Shown: positions 1 to 10,412 of the stretch, one piece after another
Position numbering within the stretch: position 1 is the first letter of the stretch
Layout of the letters: every line of letters begins with the position of its first letter
Assembly (NCBI GenBank): GCA_913048435.1
Contig: CAJWWC010000002.1
Span: forward strand, 33,485-97,484
Reading direction: 5' to 3'
Length of the DNA stretch: 64,000 nucleotides
Source of the DNA: an uncultured Flavobacteriales bacterium
GTDB taxonomy: Bacteria; Bacteroidota; Bacteroidia; Flavobacteriales; UBA7312
Notes under the pieces: generated by a model
Seen by the model: only the letters and a program-made list of their open reading frames with translations
The model's database searches: none
What the model was told of the DNA's origin: nothing
Position numbers and translations under genes: made by a program

Positions 1-852
1 GAAGCCCTCAGTATTATACAAGACATTTTACCCCATAGCGGACAATCTTTGCGTATTGGTATAACTGGAGTTCCTGGAGTGGGAAAAAGCACTTTTATAG
101 AAGCCCTAGGAAAGCATCTTACAGCACAAGGTATTAAGGTAGCTGTTTTAGCCATAGACCCCTCTAGCGAAAAATCAGGTGGTAGCATATTGGGTGACAA
201 AACCCGCATGCACGAATTGTCGGTTGATGAACTTGCCTTTATTCGCCCCTCACCAACAGCAGGTTCTTTGGGTGGCGTAACTAAGAAAACTCGAGAAAGC
301 ATACTTCTTTGCGAAGCTGCTGGTTATGAAGTCATACTAATAGAAACGGTAGGCGTAGGACAATCCGAAACAGCTGTTCATTCTATGGTAGACGTTTTTG
401 TATTACTTATGTTAGCAGGTGCTGGTGACGAGCTACAAGGAATCAAACGCGGCATTATGGAAATGGCGGATATTTTGCTTGTAAATAAAGCGGATGGAGA
501 CAATCTTATAAATGCAAAAAAAGCGCAAGTACAATACAAAACAGCTTTGCACCTATTCCCTCCCGACCCAAACGGATGGACACCAAGGGTCGGCATTTGC
601 TCGGCATTGGAAAAACAATACATTGACAAAACGTGGAAAACCATAGAGGCATATATTAATTGGACAAAAGAAAGAGGCGCATTACAAAGAAAACGTAAAG
701 AACAAAATCGATATTGGTTTCACCAAATGATAAAAAATCGTTTAGAAAATGACTTTTATAGCCAAAACCAAAGTCAAATTACCAATCTAGAAAAGCAAGT
801 TACAGAAGCTAAACTAAGCCCTTCACAAGCCTTGCGTAAACTTTTTTTGTGA
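1..852 (+). CDS. meaB: MeaB/ArgK-family G3E GTPase (methylmalonyl-CoA mutase accessory GTPase); 5' end outside the window
   Basis: The frame is open from base 1 ([17 protein letters not shown] precedes the listed start). Family motifs present: P-loop [34 protein letters not shown] and NKAD. Confidence 0.85.
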   Translation, partial: EALSIIQDILPHSGQSLRIGITGVPGVGKSTFIEALGKHLTAQGIKVAVLAIDPSSEKSGGSILGDKTRMHELSVDELAFIRPSPTAGSLGGVTKKTRESILLCEAAGYEVILIETVGVGQSETAVHSMVDVFVLLMLAGAGDELQGIKRGIMEMADILLVNKADGDNLINAKKAQVQYKTALHLFPPDPNGWTPRVGICSALEKQYIDKTWKTIEAYINWTKERGALQRKRKEQNRYWFHQMIKNRLENDFYSQNQSQITNLEKQVTEAKLSPSQALRKLFL

Positions 853-1685
853 AAAAAGGCGTCTTTTATATGCTAGGCTCCACCCTAGCTTTTGCTCTCA
901 TGCAAATATGTGTGAAATACTTACCTCATATTCCAGCACACGAACTAATTTTATTTCGTTCGATTATCTCTATTGTATTAAGTATAGCAATGATTCAAAA
1001 ATTAGGCATACCTCTTTTGGGTAATAATAAAAAAATCTTACTAATGCGAGGTATTTTTGGTACTATTGCCCTATTGTTATTTTTCTACACTTTACAAAAC
1101 ATACCACTAGCTAGTGCAGTGACATTACAATACCTATCGCCTATCTTTACTGCCCTATTTGCGGCTGTCTTTCTCAAAGAAAAAATGCAAATGAAACAAT
1201 GGCTTTATTTTGGTATTTCATTTGCTGGAGTAGCCTTGATAAAAGGTTTTGATGAACGTATTTCCCTAAGTTTTATGCTCATAGGCATTTGTTCAGCTAT
1301 GTTTTCGGGTATGGCCTACACTTGCATTCGTCAACTTAGGGATACTGAACACCATATTGTAGTAGTTTTATATTTTCCCATGGTTTCCATTCCAATTATG
1401 TCAGTATTTTCATACATAAATTGGGTATCACCTAATGGAACTGACTGGTTCTTAATTTTACTTATGGGACTTTTCACTCAAATCGCTCAAATACTAATGA
1501 CAAAAGGAATACAGTGTGGAGTTGCAAATAAGATGATTAGTCTTAAATACATTGGTACTATTTATGCTTTAGCAGTTGGCTTTGTAATATTTGGAGAAAG
1601 TTATGGTTTATTGAGTTTACTAGGAATTACAATGGTTATTTCAGGTGTTGTATTGAATTTATGGAAGAAAAAAAGTAAAAATTAG
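849..1685 (+). CDS. EamA/DMT-superfamily permease
   Basis: 278 aa, polytopic and hydrophobic throughout, with a two-halves EamA-like layout. The GTG start overlaps the meaB stop by 4 nt. Confidence 0.7.
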   Translation: MKKGVFYMLGSTLAFALMQICVKYLPHIPAHELILFRSIISIVLSIAMIQKLGIPLLGNNKKILLMRGIFGTIALLLFFYTLQNIPLASAVTLQYLSPIFTALFAAVFLKEKMQMKQWLYFGISFAGVALIKGFDERISLSFMLIGICSAMFSGMAYTCIRQLRDTEHHIVVVLYFPMVSIPIMSVFSYINWVSPNGTDWFLILLMGLFTQIAQILMTKGIQCGVANKMISLKYIGTIYALAVGFVIFGESYGLLSLLGITMVISGVVLNLWKKKSKN

Positions 1686-1831
1686 AATTTAAAAATTGTT
1701 TGATTAAAGAAATATGAGAATTATAAATATAAACATAATATTAAAATTTTTAATTGAAAATATTACTTAAATAAAAATGTGAAAATCAATATTTCTTAAG
1801 ATTCAAATCTGATAGAAAAATTAAAGTTATA

Positions 1832-3898
1832 TCAATTATCAGTGATTTCAAATTCTGTACGTCTATTATTGGCCCGACCAACTTTAGTATCATTACTGTC
1901 AACAGGTCGACTAGCTCCATATCCAATTGCTGTTATTCTATTTCCATCTACAGAACGAGAAACTAAATAAGCTCTTACAGCTTCCGCTCGTCTTTGAGAT
2001 AACCTTTCATTATATGCATCATCTCCGACGTTATCTGTATGGCCTGAGAGCTCTATCTTTAGACTAGGAATGTCAGTCATTAGTTGTATCAATCGATCTA
2101 ACTCTGAATATGAATCTATCTTAACCTCAGACTTACCAGTATCAAAAAATACGTTTCGCAGAGCAATTTTACTTCCGATGTTGATATTCTTCAATTCTAC
2201 ATCTTTATTAACCATATTATAAGCTGAACCCTCTGGTAAATTAAAGTTTTCTGAATGGAATAAATAACCTTCTGCCTCAACTGAAATACCATAATTTAAT
2301 CCAGAAGGAAGAGACAATAAGAATTTACCCGTAGCACTATTAGATCGCATAACTGAATAGACATCTCCAGTAGTATTATCAAATATCTTAATTTCTGCTT
2401 CAATTGGTTCTTGTAATAAACCGTCCAAAATTCGACCTTTAAAGACAGTTAAACTATTAGCAACAGTCACCTCTACACTTTCAGGAATATAAGTTTCTTC
2501 AACAGGTGAAGCAATACTAGCGATAAGATTGTCCTCAGTAACCACTGACGGAATTTTAGGTTCACCCCAAAAAGTAGCACAATAAATATCCATACCTCCC
2601 TTACCAGAATCTCTATTTGATGAAAAGTAAGCTTTTTTACCATTAGCAGAAATACTAAAATACAACTCGTCATAAGGAGTATTAATAGGGTAACCCATGT
2701 TAATTGGTTCGTCCCAAAGTCCTAATTCATTTCGATGTGAAACAAAAACATCATAACCTCCTATAGATGTATGTCCTTGTGAACAGAAATACATTGTTTT
2801 GCCGTCCGGTGCCATATAAACCGACCCTTCGTGAAAGCCTGAATTTACCTCTTGTCCTGCACTTTGTGCCTTTCCCCAAAATTTTTCTTGCATATCTTTT
2901 TTACCACTAAAGCTTATATTTTTGTCACCACCATAGCCTCCATCTGTAATGAAATAGACTTTTATATCTTGAGGATCATAAGAAGCAAAGGTTTCATTTG
3001 CATCAGTATTTACCACTTTGGACATTTTTAACTTAGGTTCACTCCATTCAGTTCCGTTAAGTTTAGATTCATAAATGTCACTTTGATCATCGTTATATTT
3101 GAATAATAACATTCGTTGACCATCATATGCTAATGAAGAAGAAACATCATCACCATTACTATTTAGGCTGTTGAGTGATTTTAAAGATTGCCACTTTCTT
3201 TTTTTACGCTCAGCCGAGTAAATATCAAAATCGCCACTTTTGTTTGTATTAAAAATAATTTCTAAACCATCAGCTGAAATGCTTGGGGCAATATCATCAT
3301 AAAATGAATTTAACTCTCTAACATTATCTACCCAAACTCTGGTTTTCTTGTTAAAAATTTCAGCACCACTCTTACTTTCCTTTATATGCTTTCTATTTAA
3401 CTTTTTGTAAGGCTCTAATTCTTTATCACTCGCTAAGGTTCCAAAACGTAAAAATGACTTTTCAGCTTTTTCAAAATCCTGCTCCAATTGAAAAGCCTTT
3501 CCTAGCAAAAAATATATAAATGGCTCTGAATTATCTCCTGCTAGTTCCAAAGATTTCTTTAGAAAAGGCATGGCTTTATAGGGAGTATTGGTGTATAAAT
3601 AAGAGTGACCTATTTTTCTATTTAAATCCGAATTATTTGGATTAAAATCATAAGCAGGCAAATAAAGTTCTAATGCTTTTAAGTAATCATTAGCAGCGTG
3701 TTCCATATTTAAGACTTTAGCTTTTCCTTTATCTAGCCATTTGTCACCAGACACCATATTAGCTTTTGCTTTTTCAAAACCTGACTTGTCATCTTTAAAA
3801 TTACTTTTCTTAAAAGCAATATCTTGAGCTAATAAACCTGATGTTATTAGCAGAAATAAAAGTGTATAAAACTGTTTCATATTTTTGAATCTATTCAC
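1832..3898 (-). CDS. OmpA-family envelope protein: signal peptide, TPR, TolB/PD40-like beta-propeller repeats, CarboxypepD_reg-like domain, OmpA_C (PorE-like domain order)
   Basis: Repeated ..PSISADG..FNTNKSGDFDIY / APDGKTMYF / SISANGKKAYFSSNRDSGKGGMDIY motifs. Beta-sandwich VFKGRILD...GYLFHSENF. C-terminal LSGHTDNVGDDAYNERLSQRRAEAV...NRRTEFEI. Confidence 0.8.
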   Translation of the reverse strand: MNRFKNMKQFYTLLFLLITSGLLAQDIAFKKSNFKDDKSGFEKAKANMVSGDKWLDKGKAKVLNMEHAANDYLKALELYLPAYDFNPNNSDLNRKIGHSYLYTNTPYKAMPFLKKSLELAGDNSEPFIYFLLGKAFQLEQDFEKAEKSFLRFGTLASDKELEPYKKLNRKHIKESKSGAEIFNKKTRVWVDNVRELNSFYDDIAPSISADGLEIIFNTNKSGDFDIYSAERKKRKWQSLKSLNSLNSNGDDVSSSLAYDGQRMLLFKYNDDQSDIYESKLNGTEWSEPKLKMSKVVNTDANETFASYDPQDIKVYFITDGGYGGDKNISFSGKKDMQEKFWGKAQSAGQEVNSGFHEGSVYMAPDGKTMYFCSQGHTSIGGYDVFVSHRNELGLWDEPINMGYPINTPYDELYFSISANGKKAYFSSNRDSGKGGMDIYCATFWGEPKIPSVVTEDNLIASIASPVEETYIPESVEVTVANSLTVFKGRILDGLLQEPIEAEIKIFDNTTGDVYSVMRSNSATGKFLLSLPSGLNYGISVEAEGYLFHSENFNLPEGSAYNMVNKDVELKNINIGSKIALRNVFFDTGKSEVKIDSYSELDRLIQLMTDIPSLKIELSGHTDNVGDDAYNERLSQRRAEAVRAYLVSRSVDGNRITAIGYGASRPVDSNDTKVGRANNRRTEFEITDN

Positions 3899-4988
3899 AA
3901 TTATTAATGTAATATTCGTTAGCTTTTTCTATGCCTAATTTGTAAGCTTTTTGCCAATCTTGACATGCACCATCAACATCTCTTAACATTTCTCTGCTAA
4001 TACCTCTGTTTAATAAAGCTGTAGGATTATTAGGCTGTAGTTCAATAGCTTTATTGAGATCTGCTAAAGCACCGGTATAATGTTCTTGTAAATGATATAC
4101 TGCAGCTCTGTTACAAAGTGCTTTAGCGTAATCGGAGTTAAGCTCTAAAGCTTTTTTGAAATCAGAAAGTGCTAAGTCATATTCTTTTAATTCAAAATAT
4201 ACTGCTCCTCTGTTGTTATACGATATTTCATATTTGGGATTTGATTGTACAGCTTTTGTATAATATTCAATGGCTTTATCTTTTTCTCCAGCTTTACGAT
4301 ATGCACTTGCTAAATTATTTAAAATAAAGGCTTTTGGATCATATTTATATGCTTCTAAATAATCAGAAATAGCATTATTGTATTCATTGATGGCTCTGTA
4401 ACAACTTCCCCGATCATTTAGTGCATAAGCATGTGATGGTTCTATTTCAATAGCCTTTGAATAGGCTTTGATTGCATTCGAATAATCTTTTTGTAAATAA
4501 TAGATGACACCTTTATTATAAGCAGCCTCAACTCTGTCAGGTTCCAATTCTAATAAACGAGTATAATTAATTAAAGCAAGTTTATTTTTCTTCATTAGTT
4601 CATAACATTTCGCAATATTAAAAATGGCATCAAAATAATTACTATCAATAGAGAGCACGTTTTCAAAATGAGAAATGGCAGAATTATAATTTTCTAATTC
4701 TTTGTGTGATAATGCCATATTGAAATATGCGTTAACATTATTAGAGTCTAAAATAATAACCGATTCAAAAAAAACAATAGCTTCTTTAAATTTTGAAGAA
4801 GTAAAAGCTTGTGTTCCAGAATTATATAATTCTTGCACTTCCTGAATTAACGAATTTTTTGAATTTACTAGTGCTATTGAATCTCTAAATTGGATTTCTT
4901 CTAAAGTAAGAGTGCTGTCTGATTGCTGTTGTGCGTTTGCACAAAAAAAGCCTACAAAGAATAACGTAGACATAAAATATTTCTTCAT
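3891..4988 (-). CDS. Secreted tetratricopeptide-repeat protein
   Basis: Signal peptide MKKYFMSTLFFVGFFCANAQ followed by about eight 34-aa repeats of the A..Y/N..G..Y....Y..A type. It overlaps the downstream OmpA-family gene by 8 nt. Confidence 0.8.
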   Translation of the reverse strand: MKKYFMSTLFFVGFFCANAQQQSDSTLTLEEIQFRDSIALVNSKNSLIQEVQELYNSGTQAFTSSKFKEAIVFFESVIILDSNNVNAYFNMALSHKELENYNSAISHFENVLSIDSNYFDAIFNIAKCYELMKKNKLALINYTRLLELEPDRVEAAYNKGVIYYLQKDYSNAIKAYSKAIEIEPSHAYALNDRGSCYRAINEYNNAISDYLEAYKYDPKAFILNNLASAYRKAGEKDKAIEYYTKAVQSNPKYEISYNNRGAVYFELKEYDLALSDFKKALELNSDYAKALCNRAAVYHLQEHYTGALADLNKAIELQPNNPTALLNRGISREMLRDVDGACQDWQKAYKLGIEKANEYYINNCE

Positions 4989-5060
4989 TTTATTTTTTTT
5001 TAAAAATAAAAATTGTGTTTGATTCTAATTTAATTAAAAGCTAAAGTTTTTTACAATTTA

Positions 5061-5272
5061 TTAACTATTACAAGTGGAAGAATAAACTAATATCTCAATA
5101 TCTTCTTTAGTAAAAATTTTGAGTGATTTGTAATTTGTACAATTGTTTTCATTGGACTTTCTATGGGCATTATCACAGTTGGCCAATTTTTTACTCAGAC
5201 TACAACTGCAAAAACTATATTTCTTATCTTTAAATAATTTTATTTTAATTATTAAGATTTTTTGTTTGTCAT
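5061..5272 (-). pseudogene. CDGSH-type iron-sulfur mini-protein gene with a 1-nt frame offset between its ATG and the domain (pseudogene, sequencing error or recoding)
   Basis: Absent from the ORF track. The minus frame ending at TAA 5063..5061 reads ...KYSFCSCSLSKKLANCDNAHRKSNENN..., which fits C-x-C-x2-S-x3-[P]-x-C-D-[G]-A-H with all 3 Cys and the His in register. The only ATG (5272..5270, MTNKK) is one frame off, across an A6 run (5263..5258). Confidence 0.4.
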
Positions 5273-5334
5273 TTTTATTTTTGGTTTAACGTAAAATAAA
5301 AAAAATGATTTCTAAAAAAAACTATTTTTGCGAG

Positions 5335-6729
5335 ATGAACAATTCATTTTCAAAAATATTTTTTTTAATGTTGGTTGTTTTACCTTTTGTAAGTTGTGAA
5401 ACTCCAAAATCATTAACTAATAAGGGTAATAAATTCGCTAACAAAAATTTGTTACAAGATGCTAATTCACACTACATGAAAGCACTTGATAAAAAATCAG
5501 ATTTTATTCCAGCTAAAGAAGGGCTAAAATCTACAGGACAAAAGCAAATCAATATTTATTTAGATGATTTTTTTAAGTCCAAAAACTTTGGTGATAATAG
5601 AGCTGCGATATATCATTACAGAGATGCAAATGAAATGAAAGAAAAATTAAAAAGGTACAATATAGACATAAATATTGCAAGTACATACACAGATGACTAC
5701 AACAGCTTGGTTGATGATTACGTCAGCACCACATATTTTGAAGCTATGAACCTATTAGATAATGAAAATTTTCCTGAATCTGAAAAATTACTTAATGAGG
5801 TTGCACTTTTAAAGCCGAACTTCAAAGATGTTAATAATCTTAAAAACGTAGCTACTTATGAGCCAATTTACAGAAAAGCTAATGAATTTCTTGAAATAGA
5901 GAAATTTCGATCTGCCTATTTTGAGTATAATAAGATCCCTGAATCATACCAGAAAACACAACAAAGAAAAAAAATGGCTCTAGAAGCTGGACAATTTACT
6001 ATTGCAATTGTAGAATTTCAAAATTCTACTCGGCAAAAAGGTGGCGAATCGGCTATATCGGCACAATTGAGCGATAAAATAATGAAACTTAATAATCCAT
6101 TCATCAAACTTGTTGACAGAACTTATACTCAAAGTTTTATAGAGGAACAAATTTTAGGTCTTAGTGGTCAAGTATCACAAAATACCAACGCACAGGCAGG
6201 TAAGCTTGTAGGTGTAAAGTCTATAATTTCTGGAAAGCTCGTAACTTTTTCCAAACAAAAAAATCCAATCGTCACCACTGAAAAAAAAGCTTGGGCTGAA
6301 AGAAAAGTTCGTAAATATGATAAAGAAACTGATAAATATTTTTATGAAACAGTGTATGACAAAATAAAATACAAAGAATTTAAAGGAAATAATAGTGTAC
6401 AAATAAGTTTTCAGTTTCAACTTATCTCTACAGAAAGTGGAGAAATACTTTTAACAAAACTAATTAATTTAAGCCGTCGTGATGAAGTACATTTTGCTGA
6501 ATCAAACATCAACTATAAAAATATTTTACCAGGAAATTGGAGGTGGCAAACTAAACAAAGTCCAAACGATATTGTAGAGACTTCATATTCTCAAAAAAGA
6601 GCATTAAGAAATTTATTTAAGAACAAGAAAAATCTGCTATCAGTGAACGATTTAGCAAACGAAATCTATGAAGAAATTGCAACAGAGATAAGTCACATGG
6701 TTAATAATTACAATCCGGAAAATGAATAA
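5335..6729 (+). CDS. Lipoprotein with helical (TPR-like) N-terminal half and CsgG-like C-terminal domain
   Basis: Lipobox LPFVSC. The C-terminal half FTIAIVEFQNSTRQKGGESAISAQLSDKIMKL...FIEEQILGLSGQVSQNTNAQAGKLVGVKSIISGKLVTFS follows the CsgG/LpoB-type pattern. An alternative start at 5305 is possible. Confidence 0.55.
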   Translation: MNNSFSKIFFLMLVVLPFVSCETPKSLTNKGNKFANKNLLQDANSHYMKALDKKSDFIPAKEGLKSTGQKQINIYLDDFFKSKNFGDNRAAIYHYRDANEMKEKLKRYNIDINIASTYTDDYNSLVDDYVSTTYFEAMNLLDNENFPESEKLLNEVALLKPNFKDVNNLKNVATYEPIYRKANEFLEIEKFRSAYFEYNKIPESYQKTQQRKKMALEAGQFTIAIVEFQNSTRQKGGESAISAQLSDKIMKLNNPFIKLVDRTYTQSFIEEQILGLSGQVSQNTNAQAGKLVGVKSIISGKLVTFSKQKNPIVTTEKKAWAERKVRKYDKETDKYFYETVYDKIKYKEFKGNNSVQISFQFQLISTESGEILLTKLINLSRRDEVHFAESNINYKNILPGNWRWQTKQSPNDIVETSYSQKRALRNLFKNKKNLLSVNDLANEIYEEIATEISHMVNNYNPENE

Positions 6730-8083
6730 ACTTATCCTAATCCTTGCTAGCCTTTTTATATTTTCATGTCATTCTTCAAAACAAACTAATCAATTAGATG
6801 ATGGCATTCCCTTTTGGGTAAAAGAATATCCTGTCTCTGACAGTCACTATGTTGGGGTAGGTATAGCTGACAGAAGTACTCACCCACAAGACTACATTCA
6901 AGTAGCGCAGCAAAATGCGCTTCAGAATTTAAGCTCTCAAATAAAAGTTAATATTTCTTCTCAGTCAGTATTTCTACAAATTGACAGAGAATATGGCTAC
7001 GAAGAAGATTTTAAATCTAACATCCAAGTTAAAGCTAATCAAATGCTTGAGGGTTATGAATTGGTAGGCACATTCACTCAACAAAATGAACATTGGGTGT
7101 ACTATAGACTCAGTAAACAGCTATATCAAGAAACTAGAAAGGCTCGAATACAAGAAGCGATTGAAGAGTCCAAATATTTTTTGAATAAAGCCATATTGTA
7201 TTACACTCCTGCAAAAGAAAAATATATCTATTTTGTTAGAGCCTTAGATGTTTTAGAACCATTCCTTAGTGAGCCTTTAAAAACTCAATTTGAAAGAGAA
7301 AATGTTTTTTTAGGAAATGAAATTATTTCTAGATTTAGATCATACGTAGATGACTATCAAATCTTTTGCCAAAGTAAAAATATTAATGCTATGATTGGCA
7401 ACTCAGTGGATAAAATTAAATTAAAAGTACAACTCAAAGGAAATCGAGTATCTGACATACCACTAATCACTTCATCAAATTTATTAGAAATTAAAGATAT
7501 TAGCCAAAATACAGATACCAATGGTATTTTTATCACATCTGTACCCAAAATAACTAATGTTGAAAACATTCAAAAAATTGAAGTAGGTATAAATTTTCAG
7601 ACTTGGCTGGACGAAGGAAGCGATAGTAATTTTATAAAAAATTTGTTCAAAGGGATTAAAACACACCAAATTAATGTGCCTATTTATGTATATACCCCAA
7701 AAATCTATGTACAATCTGAAGAGAAACATTTTGGTAAAAACAACAATAGTTCAGTCTTACGTTATGCTGTAGAATCAAATCTTAGTAAAATGGGCTTCTC
7801 TCCTATTGGCAATAAAAACGATGCTCAAATATTTCTTGAAATAAAAGCTGATACTAGAAAAGGTCTAGAAAAGAAAGGGCAAAAAATGTTTACTACATTT
7901 TTAGATATGAATGTACAAGCCAAAGACCTAAATGATAGAGTTATTTTTAGTAAAAATATAAATAAAATAAAAGGGATACAGTTAGATTTTCAAAAAGCAA
8001 ATAACGAATCCTATCAGCAAGCTATCAAGAAAATAGAAAATACTGTTATTCCTGATTTTATAAATAGTTTTGTCAAAGAATGA
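6722..8083 (+). CDS. Lipoprotein with N-terminal LPP20-like domain and ~300 aa of unknown function
   Basis: Lipobox LFIFSC. GIPFWVKEYPVSDSHYVGVGIADRS...YIQVAQQNALQNLSSQIKVNISSQS matches the LPP20/FlgP-family pattern. It overlaps the upstream gene by 8 nt (ATGAATAA). Confidence 0.5.
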   Translation: MNKLILILASLFIFSCHSSKQTNQLDDGIPFWVKEYPVSDSHYVGVGIADRSTHPQDYIQVAQQNALQNLSSQIKVNISSQSVFLQIDREYGYEEDFKSNIQVKANQMLEGYELVGTFTQQNEHWVYYRLSKQLYQETRKARIQEAIEESKYFLNKAILYYTPAKEKYIYFVRALDVLEPFLSEPLKTQFERENVFLGNEIISRFRSYVDDYQIFCQSKNINAMIGNSVDKIKLKVQLKGNRVSDIPLITSSNLLEIKDISQNTDTNGIFITSVPKITNVENIQKIEVGINFQTWLDEGSDSNFIKNLFKGIKTHQINVPIYVYTPKIYVQSEEKHFGKNNNSSVLRYAVESNLSKMGFSPIGNKNDAQIFLEIKADTRKGLEKKGQKMFTTFLDMNVQAKDLNDRVIFSKNINKIKGIQLDFQKANNESYQQAIKKIENTVIPDFINSFVKE

Positions 8084-8127
8084 AAAACTCGTTTGAAGAC
8101 CAGTTTTCAATTAATATTTTTTTGTTA

Positions 8128-8697
8128 TCAGTAACTATTTGAAAGCTTTTCCATCTCTTTTTCAAAAGTTTCTTTAAACTTTTCATAATTATAATCAGCC
8201 TTAATCTTTTCATCTTTAGATAGTCTTTCATGATACTTGGAAGCTAATTTTTCAGCAGCTAGCTCTAACGCCATGTAGCACTTATACTTTCCATCTGAGG
8301 TTTTAGTCATTTTTTCGCAAATTGTAATAACGCCATTTAAAGTTTCGTTAACAACAGTTCTACTCATTTCGTTAAACGTTTCCGTTACCTCTTCTTTGTT
8401 ATTAAATTCAGTTGAACTTACATAATTATCACCAACTATTTTCATTGTAGAACTAATAGTTTTAGCCAATTCTGCCTGTGCATTTGAACGCGCTTTCTTT
8501 TTTGCAGTCATCTGATCCAAACTCTCCCCTAATGCATTGCCTCTAAAGGTGTTTTTATCTGAAAAATACTTTTCTCCAGAACAATACTGCTCTATTAAAA
8601 CCTCTCCCTGATCTTCTACGCTCAAACCTTTATTAGTCTTGCAAGAATAAATTGTTGCTGCTGCAATCATCAATAAAATATAATTACTCAATTTCAT
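8128..8697 (-). CDS. Small lipoprotein, weakly LPP20-like
   Basis: Lipobox TIYSC. MTAKKKARSNAQAELAKTISSTMKIVG resembles the LPP20 helix motif. It is convergent with the two genes above. The family call is weak. Confidence 0.4.
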   Translation of the reverse strand: MKLSNYILLMIAAATIYSCKTNKGLSVEDQGEVLIEQYCSGEKYFSDKNTFRGNALGESLDQMTAKKKARSNAQAELAKTISSTMKIVGDNYVSSTEFNNKEEVTETFNEMSRTVVNETLNGVITICEKMTKTSDGKYKCYMALELAAEKLASKYHERLSKDEKIKADYNYEKFKETFEKEMEKLSNSY

Positions 8698-8844
8698 AAT
8701 TGTAAAAATTAGTTTGTGTCCAAATTTAAACTTTTTTATCTAACTTTTACTTTAAGTAACTTTAATTAAAATTTCTATCATTAGCATTTTAAGGTATTTT
8801 TTAACGATATTTGTAAAAATAAACCAAATTACAATTTATCACTC

Positions 8845-10410
8845 ATGAAAAAATTTCTAATCATATCATTAGCTACATTACAAATAAGTAACATATTTGC
8901 GCAAATTCAAGTTGGCAACACTACACTAACTGAAAGAGAAGTTATAGGTGGTCTTGATGTTCCCTGGGAAATTAAGTGGGGACCAGATGACCATATATGG
9001 GTTACTGAACGTTCTGGAATTGTCAGTCGAGTGAATGTAGAAACTGGAGAACAACATATTCTATTAAATCTAGCTCCTCAATTATACGATCAATATGAAT
9101 CTGGTCTTTTGGGTATGGAAATTCATCCTGACTTCAATAACGACGCTCCTTATGTTTTTATGGCTTACACCTACAACTCAGCAAGTGGTGCAAGTGAAAA
9201 AATTGTATACTATGAATACGATTTTGATAACGATATACTTGTAAACGAAACTATATTAATTGATGATATCGATGGTAACAGTACACATATTGGTTGTCGA
9301 CTATTAGCAATAGACAATACAACTTTATTAGTTACTACTGGTGATGCGCAAGATTGGATGGCCTCCCAAGATATAAGTGCTCTCACAGGAAAAACACTTC
9401 GAATAGATATTGATCCTAATGGAGGTAACTTCGGTCAACCAAAGGCCGATAATCCATATCCTTACAGCTATGTGTGGTCAATTGGTCACAGAAATGCACA
9501 AGGCTTGGCATTAGGGCCAAATAATATTATCTACAGTTCTGAACATGGACCTAGTGGAGATGATGAATTAAATATACTATCTGAGGGTAATTTTGGATGG
9601 CCCAACGCACAAGGGCTTTGTGATAACTTACCATCTCCCAATGTTGGCGATTACGATTACGCCGAGGACTTATCCAGCTCTTACACAGAAACTCAATTTT
9701 GTAATGATAACAATGTTATCGAACCAATTTGGAGTACTGGTGCCTATGTAAATGGAAGTACTACTATAGCACCCTCAGATATTATTTGGTATGATCATCC
9801 TTCTATTCCTGAATTTCAAAATACTTTACTAATGACAGTATTGAAAGGAAAAAAATTAGTTCGTTTTGAATTTAATGAAAGTGGTGATGTTATAACTGGT
9901 GAAACTGATGTTGTTATTTTGAGAAATTCAAATAATCAGCCTTTACGTCTCAGAGACATATGTGTTAGCCCCGATGGTAAAATTTACTTGGCAACTAATG
10001 GATACTCCTGGCCAAGTCAAGGTCCCAATGAAATAATTGAACTCTACAATGCCGAATATGTGGCAGATATTACTTACAAGTGTTATTCTGATGGATGTGA
10101 GTCTACGACAGATGGAAGTGGCGAATACTCTTCTCTTGAAGATTGTGAATTAGCATGTAATGTTAGTAACATCGATGAAGTCAATAATCAGAGTATAAAC
10201 TTCTATCCAAACCCCATTTCTAAAAATGAATTACTAAACTTCCAAAATTACAAAAAACCTTTCTGCTTAGATATCTATAATTTACAAGGACAAATTATTT
10301 ACTCAAATAAATTACAGACAAAAAGTCTTTCAATAAAAGGTATGTTAGAAAGTGGTATATATTTCGTTAGTCGTAACAATGGTATGAATACTAAATTAAT
10401 AGTTAAATAA
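8845..10410 (+). CDS. PQQ-dependent sugar (glucose/sorbosone) dehydrogenase-like beta-propeller with T9SS C-terminal sorting domain
   Basis: GLDVPWEIKWGPDDHIWVTERSGIVSRVN, GLLGMEIHPDF, WSIGHRNAQGLA and HGPSGDDELN are typical of the soluble aldose dehydrogenase family. The C-terminus FYPNPISKNELL...GIYFVSRNNGMNTKLIVK is a type-A CTD. Confidence 0.75.
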   Translation: MKKFLIISLATLQISNIFAQIQVGNTTLTEREVIGGLDVPWEIKWGPDDHIWVTERSGIVSRVNVETGEQHILLNLAPQLYDQYESGLLGMEIHPDFNNDAPYVFMAYTYNSASGASEKIVYYEYDFDNDILVNETILIDDIDGNSTHIGCRLLAIDNTTLLVTTGDAQDWMASQDISALTGKTLRIDIDPNGGNFGQPKADNPYPYSYVWSIGHRNAQGLALGPNNIIYSSEHGPSGDDELNILSEGNFGWPNAQGLCDNLPSPNVGDYDYAEDLSSSYTETQFCNDNNVIEPIWSTGAYVNGSTTIAPSDIIWYDHPSIPEFQNTLLMTVLKGKKLVRFEFNESGDVITGETDVVILRNSNNQPLRLRDICVSPDGKIYLATNGYSWPSQGPNEIIELYNAEYVADITYKCYSDGCESTTDGSGEYSSLEDCELACNVSNIDEVNNQSINFYPNPISKNELLNFQNYKKPFCLDIYNLQGQIIYSNKLQTKSLSIKGMLESGIYFVSRNNGMNTKLIVK

Positions 10411-10412
10411 GT

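Noticed and set aside
5257-5264. Claiming programmed -1 ribosomal frameshifting at CAAAAAAT for the CDGSH mini-gene
   Set aside because: The site is not a canonical X XXY YYZ heptamer in the ATG frame, and I saw no obvious downstream stimulatory structure. An indel or sequencing error in the A6 run is at least as likely. It is reported only as an open possibility.
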